Assembly (NCBI GenBank): GCA_034439775.1
Contig: JAWXBA010000252.1
Coordinates: forward strand, 1-38,880
Direction: 5' to 3'
Source: Gemmatimonadota bacterium
GTDB taxonomy: Bacteria > Gemmatimonadota > Gemmatimonadetes > Gemmatimonadales > GWC2-71-9
Length of the DNA: 38,880 nucleotides
A program made the translations under genes and the position numbers. This document shows, piece after piece, positions 36,433 to 38,880 of this stretch. Under the pieces are notes generated by a model. The model saw only the letters and a program-made list of their open reading frames with translations, searched no databases and was not told the origin of the DNA. How positions within the stretch are numbered: the stretch's first letter is position 1; each line of letters begins with the position of its first letter.

Positions 36433-37407
36433 ATGACGGTGGCACGACCGGTGGTTGCAGTGACCCGGAGGATGCCGGAGCGAGTGCTCGCAGCGCTGGA
36501 GGCGTCATGCGAGGTCGTTGGCGGGCGGGACGACACCCCAGCCACCCAGGACGAGCTGGCGGAAATGCTGGTGCGGGCAGATGGAATCCTTTGCACGGTG
36601 ACCGACTCCCTTCCGGCGGCGTTGTTCGGGCGGGTGCCGCCTCGTGCCCGCATCCTCGCCAACTTCGGGGTCGGCGTCAACCACATCGACCTGGCTGCCG
36701 TCCGGGCTTCGGGCATCCGGGTGTCCAACACCCCTGACCAGCTTTCAGAGGCCACCGCCGACCTCACGCTCGGCCTCATGCTGATGACCCTCCGGCGACT
36801 GGGTGAAGGGGAACGTCGACTCCGGGCCGGGAAGTGGGAAGGCTGGGGGCCCACCGATTTCCTCGGTCACGATCTGTATGGCCGCCGGCTCGGACTGATT
36901 GGCTTTGGGCGGATCGGCCAGGCAGTGGCCCGACGCGCCGCACTCGGCTTCGGGATGACGGTCAAGTTCCACACCCGCACCCGGTGGGCCACGGACGATG
37001 TGCCGCCGTTCGTGGAGCAGGCGGAGTCGCTTGAGGCGCTGCTGGCCGACTCGGAAATCGTGTCGCTCCACCTGCCAGCCACCCCGGAGACCCGAAACCT
37101 GTTCGATGAGCCCAGGTTGCGGCTGATACCGCGCGGCGGCTGGCTGATCAACACGGCGCGCGGTACGATTGTGGACGAGGCGGCGCTGGTGCGGGTGCTG
37201 GCCGATGGCCATCTGGCCGGTGCGGGGCTCGACGTCTTTGAGCGGGAGCCAGTGGTCACACCGGAACTGCTGGCCTTTCCCGGAGTGGCGCTCCTGCCCC
37301 ACATGGGGAGCGCCACGGTGGCGGCCCGAGAAGCAATGGGGATGCGTGCGGTGGCCAACCTGCTGGCCTTCTTTGCGGGTCAGCCGCTGCTCGATCCGGT
37401 GGCCTGA
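36433..37407 (+). CDS. D-isomer-specific 2-hydroxyacid dehydrogenase (glyoxylate/hydroxypyruvate reductase-like)
   Basis: Frame of track ORF 36133..37407. ATG 36433 lies 5 nt after GGAGAAG. NAD motif GLIGFGRIGQAVARRA. Catalytic-region motifs NTARGTIVDEAAL and PHMGSAT. Confidence 0.9.
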   Translation: MTVARPVVAVTRRMPERVLAALEASCEVVGGRDDTPATQDELAEMLVRADGILCTVTDSLPAALFGRVPPRARILANFGVGVNHIDLAAVRASGIRVSNTPDQLSEATADLTLGLMLMTLRRLGEGERRLRAGKWEGWGPTDFLGHDLYGRRLGLIGFGRIGQAVARRAALGFGMTVKFHTRTRWATDDVPPFVEQAESLEALLADSEIVSLHLPATPETRNLFDEPRLRLIPRGGWLINTARGTIVDEAALVRVLADGHLAGAGLDVFEREPVVTPELLAFPGVALLPHMGSATVAAREAMGMRAVANLLAFFAGQPLLDPVA

Positions 37408-38729
37408 GCGGGGACTGTCAGGCCAAGCTCTTGATTGATCGCCACGATCTCCGCCCGGAGCCGCCGCCGCTCCAGCTGCATCCGCAGGAACTGGTCGCGA
37501 CCGGCGAGCCAGAGCGCCAGCGCCCGCATCGCCCCGACCACACTGTCAATGCGCTCCACGAACCGAAGCGCCATCCATCCGAGGATCGGCGAGAGCGCTG
37601 CGGCAGCCGCGCCGATCGGCCACCCCCACTGACTCCCGACGTTCATCCCGACCGCCAGCCAGGTCAACGGAAAAAACAGCATGGCACCGAGCGTCTTGGC
37701 GGTGGCCACGACATCCTGGCTGGTGCCGCTGGCGCGGCGAGCTACGATACCCACCAGTCGGTACGCCGGCCAATGGACGACGATCCCGGGTAGCGCAAAG
37801 GGCAGCGTCAACGCGAAGTACCCGACCGCTGCCACCGAATATCGCAGCACCCCCGACAGGGTGAATCGTCGCAGCTCCAGCAGCCCGGGGTCCAGCCCGG
37901 CCGCCCGGAGCCGGACCTCATGACGATCGAGCCGGTGCTGGATCGAAGCCACCCGGGCCGGGGCCGCGGCTCGGACCCGGGGGTAGGCCTCCAGGACGGT
38001 GCGGCGAAAGTCCGCTGAGGTGTGGAGCGCGCCGGCATCCATGCCTTGGAACAGACGGTCCACGGAGTCTGCCAACGCCAGCGCTTCGTGGGCGTCGGCC
38101 TCGAGCACGACCTTTCCCAGTCCGGCCGTGATACTGCTGGTGACCTCCGCCACGAGCCCCGGGTCGGGCTCGCCTTCCACCAATGGCATCGCCGAGGTCA
38201 CCACGATCGGTTCCCCGAAACTCACCAGCGCGTTGCTGCGAAAGGTCGCCTTGTCGAAGTAGGTCAGCGCCACCGGGATGATGGTGACCGGCGCTTCGGT
38301 TCCGGCGCCCAGTGCAATCCGCGCAGCGCCAGTGCGCAGGGGGCGCAGTCGAGTATCGCTATGAGAGGTTCCCTCGGGAAAGATGGCGATGGTGCCGCCG
38401 CCCTCCAGCAGCCTGCGGGCGGCGGCGAACATCTCGGCGTTGCCGGAGGTGTCGCCGCTGCCATCCTGCCGCCGATAGACCGGGATCGATCCGAGGCTCC
38501 GGGCAAACCAGCCGATTACCGGCATCCGAAAGAGCGGGGCCTTGGCAAGGAACGACACTGGCCGAGGGGCGGTGGCCAGCATCAGGGCGGCGTCGATCAG
38601 GGCATTGGGATGGTTGGGACAGAAGACTACTGGACCTGCGGATGGGACTCGCTCGGCACCCGCCGTTTCCACCCGGCGAAAAAATATCCTGAGAATGAAC
38701 CGGACCAGCCCCTCAACCAGGCGGCGCAT
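37380..38729 (-). CDS. PlsC-family lysophospholipid acyltransferase with a C-terminal membrane extension
   Basis: 449 aa. HX4D motif (CPNHPNALID), plus FPEGTSH and PVALTY blocks. The C-terminal ~150 aa has TM helices. Its 3' end overlaps the convergent dehydrogenase gene by 28 nt. Confidence 0.85.
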   Translation of the reverse strand: MRRLVEGLVRFILRIFFRRVETAGAERVPSAGPVVFCPNHPNALIDAALMLATAPRPVSFLAKAPLFRMPVIGWFARSLGSIPVYRRQDGSGDTSGNAEMFAAARRLLEGGGTIAIFPEGTSHSDTRLRPLRTGAARIALGAGTEAPVTIIPVALTYFDKATFRSNALVSFGEPIVVTSAMPLVEGEPDPGLVAEVTSSITAGLGKVVLEADAHEALALADSVDRLFQGMDAGALHTSADFRRTVLEAYPRVRAAAPARVASIQHRLDRHEVRLRAAGLDPGLLELRRFTLSGVLRYSVAAVGYFALTLPFALPGIVVHWPAYRLVGIVARRASGTSQDVVATAKTLGAMLFFPLTWLAVGMNVGSQWGWPIGAAAAALSPILGWMALRFVERIDSVVGAMRALALWLAGRDQFLRMQLERRRLRAEIVAINQELGLTVPAQATGSSSG

Positions 38730-38735
38730 CCCTGG

Positions 38736-38880
38736 CTACGCGCTCCGCTCGGCCTGCTTCTTCTCGACCGCCACCTTGAGTTGCCCGCAGGCGGCATTGA
38801 TGTCCAGTCCACGGCTCCGGCGCACCACGGCTTCCACACCCTGGTTCTTGAGCCGGTCGGCAAAGGCCCGGATCCGGGCC
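38736..38880 (-). CDS. rlmN: 3' end of the 23S rRNA/tRNA adenine-C2 methyltransferase RlmN (radical SAM); truncated by the window edge
   Basis: Manual translation of the minus strand gives ...RIRAFADRLKNQGVEAVVRRSRGLDINAACGQLKVAVEKKQAERSA*. The R.SRG.DI.AACGQL block is the conserved RlmN C-terminus. The stop TAG is at 38736-38738, 6 nt before the plsC-like ATG. Confidence 0.75.
   Translation of the reverse strand, partial: ARIRAFADRLKNQGVEAVVRRSRGLDINAACGQLKVAVEKKQAERSA

Overview
GC-rich, very gene-dense bacterial chromosomal segment. I see no transposase, integrase, CRISPR array, rRNA or tRNA. Taxon cannot be fixed from sequence alone.

Gene order:
- Plus strand: hisS-proS-lysA-guaA joined by overlapping stop/start codons, then an NmrA-like gene.
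- A stand-alone PtsN-like EIIA gene on the minus strand.
- dusB-corA-GGDEF cyclase on the plus strand.
- A ~158-bp inverted array of 7-nt repeats.
- A one-piece tmRNA (ssrA) with its terminator.
- A secreted TPR-like protein.
- A ~15-kb, 13-gene minus-strand block: truA-htrA-purB-purC-psd-pssA-purS-purQ-(Zn-ribbon ORF)-purL-purF-ppdK-purE-purK. Most junctions are 4-nt ATGA/GTGA overlaps.
- lexA, and divergent from it a five-gene plus-strand sensory cluster: a HEAT-repeat protein, an HD-GYP protein, a polytopic GAF-MCP protein, a YqeK-like HD protein and a LytR_C protein.
- A head-to-head glycerate kinase / 2-hydroxyacid dehydrogenase pair.
- A long PlsC-like acyltransferase and the 3' end of rlmN.

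Most of the window is housekeeping. Items worth a second look:
1. The lexA-divergent HEAT/HD-GYP/GAF-MCP cluster, which has no che genes nearby. Its first two proteins seem to share an unnamed N-terminal domain.
2. The phased heptad-repeat inverted array with strong G-quadruplex/i-motif potential just upstream of ssrA.
3. A small Zn-ribbon ORF coupled into purS-purQ-purL.
4. TAnnTT boxes 6-8 nt upstream of several start codons, which suggest leaderless transcripts.

Novelty cannot be established without database searches. The many long antisense ORFs in the track are treated as GC-composition artefacts.
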